From positions 62,001 to 126,000 of the forward strand of contig JAPEUI010000012.1 of the NCBI GenBank assembly GCA_026025075.1: a stretch of 64,000 nucleotides of DNA, read 5' to 3'. Positions 48,492 to 60,066 of this stretch are shown in pieces. The stretch comes from Vezdaea acicularis. Its lineage: Eukaryota. Within the stretch, counting starts at the first letter, position 1. Each line of letters begins with the position of its first letter. A model generated the notes under the pieces. It worked only from the letters and a program-made list of their open reading frames with translations, made no database searches and was not told the origin of the DNA. A program made the translations under genes and the position numbers.

Positions 48492-49758
48492 GTCCCTCAC
48501 ATCAGGAAGGGGTCACGAGAGTCTATACAATTTGCTTTGCATTCTCTTCTTGTATACTTGCCTAGTTCTGATAACCACTTCTTTTAATACCTCTGGTTTA
48601 GTGGGAGTTTCTAGGATCATTATCTATGATAGATGGACTTTTTCTAGGGTCAAAAGCGGACAAGGGTGCATGGCTATAATCCATTGTGTCTTAGTGGCTT
48701 GCATACTGATCTTGATTTATTGCAGCTCGTATGCTGCTCAGAGCCGGATGGTCCTAGGGCTTGCAACTAATCTAAACTCACTTTTTCCGTACGTGGAGAC
48801 TATTCTCGTATACTGTGATCCACTTAAGACATCCACCCTGATCTCACACATAACCGCCTCGCCCACCCGCCAACGCTACTAGCCAGCTCGTACGCCTAAA
48901 GCTTTTCATGCTTCTTTTCTTATCTTGCCATCTCTAAAAGCTTTATCTCTCCAACCTGAAATCATACATATCGCGCTATCCGACTCCCTTGCTGAAAAAG
49001 TCCTTTCCATTCCCTGCGTGACGCTTTGTCTTCTCCCAGGCTTCGCCGCCGTTCGCCTTGTCTCCTTGGCCGAAATCTTGGAATGACTTCGGCGCAGAAT
49101 ATGTTTTTAGTCGCTCGCTTCGGGGACATGACGAGCAGATAAACAGCTGTATACTGGTGTGCTCATACATAAGGGAAGAGAGGATAGACAGCCACATTGT
49201 AGAGACGGTGGACTTGGCAGTGAAGTGCGTTTGGAATTAAAGCTACATGGTATGCCAAGAATGACATTTGGACGGCGTTGCCAGTTCGAGGGGATATTGG
49301 TATGGGGAACAGGTTTCTTTCCGGGTTTCATCACCCCTTCTGTGTTTGTAGAAGTTTCATGAAGCTTATCATGGACAGCGTTCAGTTCGGGCAAGCAGGA
49401 TATAAAGGATTTATTCTACCAAGTTTCCGATTACTATTGGACAAAGATAACATCCGCAGACTTCAGTGTCTGCTGCCTTAAAACTTTTGCAAGATTTGTC
49501 TAACCCTCGGTGTCTATGCAAGGACATTAAGAAGATCGCCTTAAGTCTAGGATCAAGAGGTTTTTCGTAAGAGGGACCAAACTCCGCCAGACCTAAACTT
49601 AGAAGACGAAGAAGATGATGAATGAGCGACTCAGTCTAAAGTTCTCATATCCCAGAAAGATCCCCAAGAGCTTCATATTGGATATCCCGTTGAGTGTCGC
49701 ACATAGAAGACCTAGGTAAACGCAAAACTCCAGATAACGCCCCAAACCGAAGTACGGA

Positions 49759-51985
49759 TTAAGTCTCAATTGCGTAAGATTGCGTCGAAGTTGGCCAACC
49801 AGGCATGATGCTGGCGTAGAAAGCCGGATCTGAAGTCAGGAAATAGTCAAGATCAAGCTCACCCGAGAGGTCATCCTGCATTTGGAAGTCTTGGTCTTGA
49901 TAGGGCGTAGCCTCGGGAGGGCTCAGCACACTCTTCGCTAGAGCTGGGGTTGCGTGCAGTCGTTTGATAATATGCTCGCTCCTCAGCTTCATCTTTTGGA
50001 AGACATATCTGAAGTGCCAGAACATGTCTTTCTGCTCTTCTCCTGATGGTGTTCGGCTGACAAGCTCGCCCATCCGGTTGGCTAAAGAGTCGAGGTAGTA
50101 TCCTAGATTTGCCGTCTCTTGTAAAGTGTTGACGTCCAGCGAAAGGCCATTCACGCCGGCTGCTATCTTACTTAGAACAATCGTCGTATATGTCAACCTC
50201 GTAGCTTGCATGATGGTACCGTTTCGATTTTCTATTAACGGTAGGCTGAGATGGTAATCTAAAAAGGCCTTTGCTGCGTCAAGACAGCCAAGAAGCATGT
50301 TCATCTGTGTTACAGACGAGCGAGACGGATCAGAGTAAACCGGATCATCTCGAACGTGGAGTCCAATTTCGTGAATATAGACTTTGGTATGGTAGAATGC
50401 ACTCATGATAGAGACTGTCATCGCTTTAGCTCTTTCACTCTTTTTGATACTCTCATCATGACAAGGTGCGATTTCACTTACCCATGCTTAGAGCCTGTAA
50501 AGGCAGAGATTCTTTGAGACTATGCAGCTTGGACTGGAACGTCTTGTGTGAATAGTCAAGCTGAGATAGCCCCAAGGCATAGGATCCCTCTGACTCTTCG
50601 TAGCCGAACGTACTACTCACTTCTTCGGCCAAGCGCTGTATACGCACATAGTGTTTCAGAAAGCTATCAAAGGGCGATCGTCCGCTTTCAGCCAACACTT
50701 CACAGCACTCTTCGACGTGACTGCTGAACTTCAAGTTGTTTGGCCTTCTTAATGCAAGAGACAAACTAGTGGGATTGTCAGTTACGTGCTGAATAAAGAG
50801 CCTTGACGCTGGCTTACCAGGAAGAGACGTAGTAGCAGCCAACAAATGCTCTCATTCCTTCATCATCATCTACAGGCTCATACCTATCAGTCATTTCAGA
50901 ATCTGCAACTTCGAGCAGATCAATCGTGGTCTGCTTTGACTTCGATTTTCTGGGAGGCTTCGTCAGGCCTAGATCTACCGCCATGGCAATGGCAAGCTGC
51001 ACCAGTTGGTAGATTTGCTGACGATCAGGATGGAAATGGAAGTGGTACCTTTCGTGCCGTTAGTATGCATGTCGTATACAGAAGAGCAGCAAGGAAATGT
51101 TCATATTTTTCTTACCAGGCAAGGTAAACTATCAAACCTTGGAGTAAATCAAGGCTTTTCTCCGCCTCGAATATCACTTTGACACTCAGCGTCTCTCGGA
51201 GCTCTCTTTCGAGAAGAAAGGAGAGCCTTTGATTTGCCTGTGATGTTGTAGCAAGTATCGCAAGTAGCAGGATAGGCCTTTGTGTCCGAAGCTCCTCGAG
51301 GGAAAGGTTTGAGGGTAGAAGCACAAAAGGGAAGTTCGCCTCGAAGGCTTGAAAGCTTTGTATCAAACTTTCCGCCTCCGAAATTGTCAGTATGCCTCGC
51401 TGTATCACATCTCGCCGAAAGTCGCTACTTGATCCCGGAGACAGAGCTGAGGGGCTGAGATCATCCACAAGCGTCTCAGCCGGTGAGAATTTCTCTGAAG
51501 AGTCATTGGATCGTATCGAATCATCTGTGACAGTCCCTGGCGGCGGCGGCGTAGGCTCCGCCGATGCACTCGTTGGGCGAGTCCCGGCTGTAAGCAGAGC
51601 CACTATACCATCGATCTTCTTCTCCATTTCTGCAACCCGTCTAGTTCGAAAGTTACGTTAGCTTCTGTGGAAAGTAACTACGAGATATATCCCGATGATT
51701 TGAAGATATATACGCACGTTTTTGTCTGGCGTGCTCGTCTCGATCGTGACTGGGCCTCCACAAATATGCATTCTCTCCCGCTCCTCGAACATCTAGATTA
51801 CGTATGAGCATATGTGATAATCCGGTATACGAAACTCGTGCAACATACTTCTGGCATTTCCCCTGCGGTTCTGAGCTTGGTAAACAGCGGGACTTGGAAG
51901 CGCGACAAGCCTCGCATGATCGAAGAAGGTTTGGTTTCTTGGTCGCATCCCGAGTCTCCATGGCTGGGTTCACAGTGGTCGTCAT
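49759..51985 (-). CDS. Zn(II)2Cys6 fungal transcription factor with middle homology region
   Basis: CEACRASKSRC...GKCQK|CSRSGREC spans intron 51793-51848. Further motifs FPFV, KSLDLLQGL..Y.AW, AVDLGL and RAFVGCYY. Multi-exon. Confidence 0.9.
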
Positions 51986-52820
51986 CAAGCCCGGAAGTGG
52001 GGACAACTCTGCTTGCTTTATGCGTATTCTGCACAAAAGCTTCGAGTAGTAACAAGCCGGACGGGTAGCATTGACCAATGCCGGTAATCCTCCAGCGAAC
52101 CACGTTCTGCGTAGAGTGTGGGGTAGAGGGTCGCGACGGGAACCGGAGATGGGCTGGGCCGAGCCTTAAGAAAGCAAGCTCAAGCCGCGGAGGCTTTGTC
52201 TCGCCACTAACACGAGCAAACTCGACCTCGGATTCGGGGCAACAGTCGTGACACTGGAGCTACCACCGCTTTGATTGATGTCGGCTCTGCCTTTGTCTAT
52301 AGAGTCTGGTCGATTTGAGTGATCAGAAGGCTTCCATCGGCTGAACCGCGCGGAAGTGTCCGTCTTAAAGCACGACCAGAGCTCACATGTTTGGTAGCGT
52401 CAGCGAGGATTTTCTTCGTGGTACGACTACGCCTCTGACCGACTGCCGACAAGGGGTGCAAGGAATCCTTTTCTTCTTGTTGGATGTCTATCAAACACTG
52501 ATCGAAGGTCTTCACAGTAAGCTAGATCCAGCCCTAATCCGGCATTAGAGTCCTCGTATTTCACCGGGACCATATGCTTGTCAACGGGCATACGGTTGCG
52601 CATGGATGGGGGCTGAGGTCTCTCCTGCATTGTCACCGCAAGTAAGATCTTAATGGCCGTTACGCCGACGGCGTACATCCCCCGCCCCAGAGTATGACCC
52701 CGGCGATCAGCTCGTTGCTTATTCCGATGCCACCATATCTCTTTGAGCTGTTTACATGGACGCCTTGAGCTCCCGCAAGATTTCTTTCTTTCAAGCAATG
52801 ATAGCATATTTCTTCGCGTC

Positions 52821-54200
52821 ATGAAGCGCCCTATACCCCAGCTTGAGGATTATGGCATTTCGCCCCATTACGGTTTTCTGCCATCCGAACTACCGCTTGA
52901 GGTCTTACCAGATCCATACTATGCCGACTGGGAGGTGATAGTGGCAGGTTTACCAAACCTGCTGGAAAGTAAGAGATTGAGACACGCTATCAATAGGCTC
53001 CCAGTCTTGTCCATCTCGCGACTCTGTTCAGAGCCAGAATGGAGAAGGGCATATTCACTACTAGGTTTCATGGCCCATGCATACATATGGGGAGGTGATA
53101 GGCCTTGCGGAGTAAGAACGTAGAGTTGCCCTCATAATAGAACATACGCTGATACCACGAACCAGCGGTTGCCGCCTGCTATTTCAGTTCCTTTTCTTGC
53201 AGTTGCAGAACACCTTGAGATCCCTCCAGTTGCAACTTATGCAAGTGTTTGCCTCTGGAATTTCAAACCCAACTATGTACATGCCAATCTCAATAGCATC
53301 GACGACCTTTCGACATTTGCAACATTCACGGGAACCTTAGATGAGTCTTGGTTCTATTTGGTTTCCATCACGATTGAATCACACGCGGCTCCAACCATAC
53401 AAATGCTGCTCGATGCAGTCGCTGCTGTCCGCACCCAGGATGTCCTGACTGTCACTCTTTGTTTACAAGCTTTTGCGGAGACGCTAGAGGACCTTGGAGA
53501 GCTCTTGGAACGCATGCACGAGAAATGTGACCCACACGTCTTCTACAATAAAATTCGACCCTACCTTGCTGGCAGTAAAAATATGGCAGAAGCCGGACTA
53601 CCACGAGGAGTGATCTACGATGACGGAACCGGCAACGAAGAGTACAGACAATATAGTGGAGGCAGTAATGCTCAAAGCTCGTTGATTCAGTTCTTTGATA
53701 TCATGCTAGGCGTTGTCCATCGACCGACTGGTCACGGCGCACGAGAGATCTCTGCTGTATCCGCCGTTTCAGCTACAGCCCGCAGTCTAGACCACAATGC
53801 ACGACTAGACTTTCTCAAGGAGATGCGATTCTATATGCCTGGTCCCCACCGCCGCTTTCTCGAAGACGTGTCAAAGATTGCGAACATCCGCCAGTTTGTT
53901 GAGGGCCGCAGCTCAGACATCTATCTCCGCGCCGCTTTCAACGACTGCCTCGCTATGCTTCGCTCCCTTCGAGATAGGCATATGCGAATTGTATCTCGCT
54001 ATATTGTCAAAAAGTCCAAAGATACTCGTCCACATATTCAAGGTAATGGCGCCGTCAATCTTGCTTCCCTAGCGACTGCGAAGGGAGGTAAGAAGCCAAA
54101 ATCCGTGGACCTCAAAGGGACTGGCGGGACTGGTCTCATACCTTTCTTGTTGCAGGTCCGGAACGAAACCGGTGGTGACTCGATGGTTTTGGCTAGCTAA
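52821..54200 (+). CDS. Indoleamine 2,3-dioxygenase (heme, BNA2/IDO family)
   Basis: Motifs YGFLP, AHAYIWG, FTGT.DESWFYLVS, FY..IRPYLAG, YSGGSNAQSS, YMPGPHR, proximal His in R..H..IVSRYI, and GTGGT. Intron at 53112-53165. Confidence 0.95.
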
Positions 54201-54495
54201 AGCGAATGAATCCCATTTTAGTGTACTTTTCTTCTAGTAGACGTGTCATTCCATCGATTTGTTTGCATCATCGCCAATAGATAGATATATCAGTATACGT
54301 GTCAAGTCATTCAGTATATATATGATGTACGATGGAAGAACTAATCAACAAGCCGCACAAGTGAAATCGAAAAAAAACAAAGCCAATCATAACTTATTCT
54401 CTACTCGATCTAATACCGCGCAGTATGCGAAAGTGATATCTCATACAACAGGAATGGACGCTATCTAGGAGACGTCAAAAGTGGGCCGGGAATTT

Positions 54496-56637
54496 TCAAA
54501 CTTGGACTGAGAAGTCAGTGTACTGAGCTAGGCCCGGGAAGAACATCCCCAGCAGAACGTAGGTGCAAAACAACGCCAGAACCGCAGTCCTCACAAGTGA
54601 AGAGAAGCCATTGATTACCTCCGTGATTGAACCTTCAGAACTCCCTTTATCACCTATAAGTTTTGTTTGTGCAGCATTGATGGAAGCCTCATCTCGAGCC
54701 CGGCGATCTTTAGCAACGCTGGCGTAGACCTAAGACGTGTAAGCATCTAGTCTTGTACGCAGTGAAGGAATGATACTTACTCTAGGATACATTGGTCGTA
54801 GCCATTCCTTCATGAAACGCACAGGGGTAGGAAGGCCTTCAACATGCCCCGAATGCAAGCCCATGTCTCCGAGAAGCTCATCGGTGAAGAGCGTGGTGTG
54901 TGTTCCAATATGTACACCCTTCTTGCCATTAGAGGCGTATGACTTCCCTTGCCATGCGTGAAATTCATCGATGCCTAGACACTAGTTAGCGCGACGCTAT
55001 GGTAACGGCGTGACATCAATTACCTGATTCCACTGTTTGCTGGTCTGGCACGTCAATTTTACCCATAAAGTAGTCTGATATCCAGTGGGCGGTGACGTGA
55101 GCCACAATAGGGACAGTCAAACTGTAGTTAAAACCGTTGAAAGCGATATTACGGTAAGGCATTTGCTTTCCGCTCACATCTTTTCGTCTGTGAATGGTTC
55201 CAGTCGGAGCTATTAGCCGGTGAAGTCTAATATAGTCAAAGCTTGTCTTGTCTTCCACGGTAGCATCCGGGAGTACAAGTCTTAGGGTTTTGATAGTGTC
55301 ATCTGTGAAGAAAGGTAGAGCCTAGGAGTTGAGTTAGTTACCACATACAGCGTACTTCCAGTAGAAATTATGCATACCAGCTTAAACCCTGTAGCAAGAA
55401 GGAGGATGTCGGCATCTATATTCATCTTTTCCTCGTTTCTCCCTTTCACATAGATCTGACCGTCTTGAACGCCATCAAGACAACCTTCGATAATCTTGAT
55501 ACGACCACTTTTCACGCATTCTGTGAAGCCAGGGGGCTCAACGTGAATGCCCCCAGACAAAGATTCAGAAAGAGGGTGCTTTGCTTGAAGTTCTCGAAAT
55601 TTTTGGTGTTTCAGGGTCTTGACAAAGTCGTCCTCAAGGATTCTGAAGATATTTCGGGTGCACCACTTCCCAATAGCACTATCGGCAATAAGACGATGCA
55701 CGTTGTCAGGATGGCGGGCGTACGGCATCCACATACTCTATAACATTTGGCGTTAGCATTCGGATGCCACTCACGAGCTATGAGTTACAGTACTTACGAT
55801 GAATCGGGAAAAGAAAACCTTCTCGAAAGGCACCGTGCCTCGAAAGATCTTTCGCGGTACAAGCCAATGGGGCCTCCTGTAAAGTAGGTTGACTTGCATC
55901 GGCTTCCTATCTTTGGTTCTCCAGGTTCCCAATGCAAGTTGTGTTGCGAGGTCCACGCCTGACTTTCCCGCTCCAACTATCATGACGCTGTCCGCATTAA
56001 CGACATTACTCCGAAGCTTCGCTTCACCCATATCAGCGGAATGGTAGACAATTCCATCATATTGAGAGATCTGAGCGTCGTCTAAGGGAGTGAGCTTCGT
56101 GTTATAGAGCCCTGTACACACAACTATGTAGCCGAATTGTCGTTCGAAGGTTCCTTTAGCAGCGACGCCCCTTACAGTCCAAGTCAAAGTCGCAGCGTTC
56201 CAACTAATATCATCGACCTGGGTCTGGCATCGGATACGCTTTGTGAGATCAAAATGATCCGCAAAGCTGTGAAAGTAGCGATTCACATTTTGAGCAGATA
56301 CATGGACCCCAGATGCCCGAATGTCCGGAGGATAAGGGAATTCAGGAAATTCGTAAGTTAGTAGAGGTGAGTTGGTAGTAAGACCCTCATAGATCTGATT
56401 TTCTGCCCATACCCCTCCGATAGTGGTATTCTTTTCAAATATTGTTACGGAATCAAAGAATCCATTGGAGTCATGGAGCAAGACTTTCGCGGTTGTCAAG
56501 CCATGGAGCCCTGATGAGGTCGAAAATGTTTAGTCATCAAGCTACTCGCGTGTCCGAGGATCTAACCTACCGGCGCCGATTACCAAAGCGTCTCGCTTTC
56601 CCCATCCAGCTGCGATATCAACATGGTCAGAAGCCAT
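54496..56637 (-). CDS. Class B flavin-containing monooxygenase (FMO-like) with C-terminal hydrophobic anchor; multi-exon
   Basis: FAD motif VIGAG|LHG, FEK...IGGVW, FMO-like fingerprint YDGIVYHSADM, NADPH motif VGAGKSG, and LATGF. The last exon ends LVRTAVLALFCTYVLLGMFFPGL...V*. Confidence 0.88.
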
Positions 56638-57366
56638 TGCAAATGTCAATTCAGTTGCTTTGAATCTGACACTGATCTGTTTCCTACAGGAAGTACCCAA
56701 GATATATCATGTCGGCTGGTAAGAGCGACCGATAACCCGATCTCAGGGGGTGCCAGAGGGCATGGAAGTTCGGAGTATGCGGTCAAAGCTCACCGCGCAG
56801 GTCCGTCACTCCGACAAGGGTGCGAGGTCAGGATGCCACATAACCTCGCATGATGTACAGCGGCAAGGGTTTACCGCCGACATTCAAACGTAATGATCGT
56901 ATTGTCACTCTTTCAACCGGCCAGTCAACACCCATCAGTTGACCTCCGCTGTTGTTTCAGTGAGGGCTCGGGGCTATGCGGAGTGTAAGGAGCAACTCCT
57001 ACGCCGTAAGCCTATTTCACATGCCCAATCGGGGAGGCATTCCCTAGTGTTGGTTATGGTGTGTGCGTCCCGGCGCCTTGCAAAGGCCAAGGGGTTTTCT
57101 TCTTTCCATACCGTATCCTTGCTCAGAACTTCAATTGCGTTCGTATTGGCTCAAAGCCTTTGTTTGGCTATAAGTGCTCTTCTCATCATGCACGACCATG
57201 GCGCAAGCCCAGGACTATTGGTCTTGCCCACATTCATAACCAGTGCGTTTTCCTATTCAATTTCAAGACTAGTTTGGCTTCTTCACCATCTTCATACAAA
57301 GTTTGCCCATCTCCTTGCTAAGTGCGAAGACACCTCAATAGAATCTACTACCTCGTACCAATAAAC

Positions 57367-58609
57367 ATGTCGACTTCATTCCACTCCAGCAGCGTCCCCT
57401 CAATGATCTTGATTCGCGAGATCATTGAAGACATTGCAAACCATTTCCTCTTTCCGTATGGGTTGATATTTGGATTGGTACTCCTCACGTCACCGGGCCT
57501 ACTAGCTCTCTTTGCTCAAGTTGGGGGAAAGCAACTCCCTTTGTCCATCTCACCAAAGAAATACGTATCTTGGGCAGACGACGTTGAAATCAAAGAAAAG
57601 CTCAAGACCCAATCGCCTCTTAGAGATATCGAGTGCCCGTATGAATATATTCTACAGGTCTATGGCCGGCACCATTTTACAACTATGGTGAATATCTTGG
57701 ACCCAAAACTGTCAAAGAAGGATCCTGTTCTATTCAAACTCATTCTTGATGTCATGGATGTAGTTCATTTTGGAGCAATCTTAGTCGACGACGTCGCTGA
57801 TAACAGCACGCTACGCAAGGGCAAAACAGCTGCTCATTGTATTTACGGATCCAGCGAGACAATCAACCGGGCTTATTTGCGTATCTTTGAAGTTATTACC
57901 GCCTGCAAGAAGCAGAGACCGTCAATGATCCCGTTTATCCTCGACAATTTGACTCAGATTCACGAAGGTAACGACTGCTCCCTTTGTTTCCAATCATGAT
58001 ACTCATCTAGTCTGTCAGGTCAGGACATTTCCTTAGTCTGGCGTCGAGATGGGTTTCCCGAAGCTTTGCAAAAAGACCAAGCCCTCGATGCCTACAGGCA
58101 CAGCGCCTTTCTAAAGACTGGAGGTCTTTTCAGACTGCTTGGTCAACTAGTATTCGCAAGCCACGAAAAGGATGAACTCATGAGCAAGGTTGCGTAAGTT
58201 CTAGGACATTCAAAGGAGCTATTCTCGTTGCTGACGTGGTGACTGTAGATGGTACTGCCACCTCCAGAATGACTGCAAGAACATTTACTCGAAAGACGTC
58301 ATTACAGCGAAAGGCGCTCTCGCTGAGGACCTTGAGAATGGCGAATACAGCTTTCCGATCGTCCTCGCTCTTTGTTCCTCCCCTGCCACAAGCAAATTAA
58401 TTAAGAGAGCATTTCAGGCACGGCACAGGAGTTGTGTAGCTGGCCGCGATCGGCAAATCAGATCTGCTTTGGCCGTCCTGCAAAGTGACTGGGTAAAGGG
58501 CGCATGCATGAGTGAGCTTGAATCCTTGCAGAACGACGTCTCGGAATTTGCGGTTTTATGGGGCCGCAATGAAAAGATGACTCTTGGGTCGGGTACACTC
58601 AAGGCTTGA
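57367..58609 (+). CDS. paxC-like: PaxC/IdtC-type indole prenyltransferase (trans-isoprenyl diphosphate synthase fold)
   Basis: Motifs CPYEYI..VYGRHHF, LVDDVADNS.LRKGK.AAH.IYG.SET.NRAY, GQDISLVWRRDG, LKTG.LFRLLG.LV, LQNDCKN, AEDL.NGE and C-terminal WGR.EK, all characteristic of IdtC enzymes. Introns at 57968-58018 and ~58194-58248. Confidence 0.9.
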
Positions 58610-60066
58610 GGAGCACAATGACAGATCGACGGATTCACAACAAATTCACATGGTTCACTACTAGATTATACAAGTCTTTCTTATTCGCGATAATGACTTC
58701 TTTGGTTGATTTAGGCGCTTTCTATATACTTGCATGCATACAAGCTTCTTAGAAAAAGTAAAGATCAGTACGATTGCTCGGTTTTGTCCATGCGTTGATG
58801 TTGGTCAATGCTCTTTCAACCGTAGCACTACTCTCTTGATATCCTAACGCGCGTTAATTCATTATTCGCCCTAGGCGAATCAAAATCGTTTAGAAATTAA
58901 ATGCGAAATCCGGTGCTTGAGCTGCCGGGTTGTCGGAACCATACAGCGTGTCCGTCCGATGTCGACACAACAAACTTTGGCACTAGTGCCGTCCTCGGAT
59001 ACGCTAGCAAGGGCTTGCTGCATGGCATTAGCCTAACCCTGCCACAGATCACCCTTTCACCGCCCCCGGCGCTAGAAAACGTTGTATGATGCTGCGTCAG
59101 CGCTACACAACCAGTTGTTAGACGGTATCGGCTTCGTTGTTCCAACCTCCGTTGCGGAGGAAGCACCAATAGTTGTCAGCCCTAGCACCCCCATCGATGA
59201 TCCCTGTCCGACGACCTTCCACGGCTGATTCCAAAGCGCATACAGATGAGTGAAGACGAGCTGATGCCTAGGTCGGGGTAAGGCCTGGGAGCGGACCGAT
59301 GCGGACCCTTTAGCCTCCCGCGTTTCTTCACGGGCCTTCCGCTCCCCCGTTCTCCTTCATGCCGAGCCTAGCTAACCGGAACGGGGTGATTCAATACTTT
59401 GTCTTTCTTAGTTCATAGCTAAGCACATTTGGATCGGAGTAATACGTTGCTCTGTAAACTACTCTATGTACTAATGCTCTTTAACATGATGCTTAATTTA
59501 ATTTGAATCTGTCTCTCTCAAGATGGACAACATTCGCGTGAATCTGGTGCACCACGTAACACTGTGCGACCGTTACACAGCGGCTGATGTCATATCCAAT
59601 AACATTTCAACAACTTAAAATGCCGTCAGAAGAGGAGAGTCCCCACAGATGTGGATGTTTGAGATAACACCGACTCCAGTACTCAGGGCTGCAAAAATGC
59701 CATCAATTTGACTTGTGTGCAGTAAGCATTACGGATTACGAGATGACTTCTATGCCTCGACAGGCTATGTTTGACAGTCGCTACAGAATGCCGACCCCTA
59801 CGTCCTTACCGCATACCTTGTTCGTTGAGCGGCAAATGCAGGGGCTTTTACGGCCCTATCACCCCCAAAAAAGCAACTAGCAAATGTAGGCTTGATCGGA
59901 CTACGGCGCTTCTGGGGCCGTTTGATCGGGCCTTTTCATTGCTCATCGTCCCATCAACTTCATCTAAACATCTTTCTTCCATCGCATTGAAAAAGAAACC
60001 CTTTCGCAGCCACACACCAAACAAGAAAGACCCATACTAGTACAGTGCTGACGAATAAACGCCACG

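Noticed and set aside
48976..49481. Small ORFs between the AA5 oxidase and the TF as a possible extra cluster gene
   Set aside because: Short, no family motifs and no consistent exon structure.
58700..60000. Possible hidden paxM/paxG/P450 exons between idtC and idtB
   Set aside because: No GxGxxG, DDxxD or heme-Cys motifs in the listed ORFs and no long frames.
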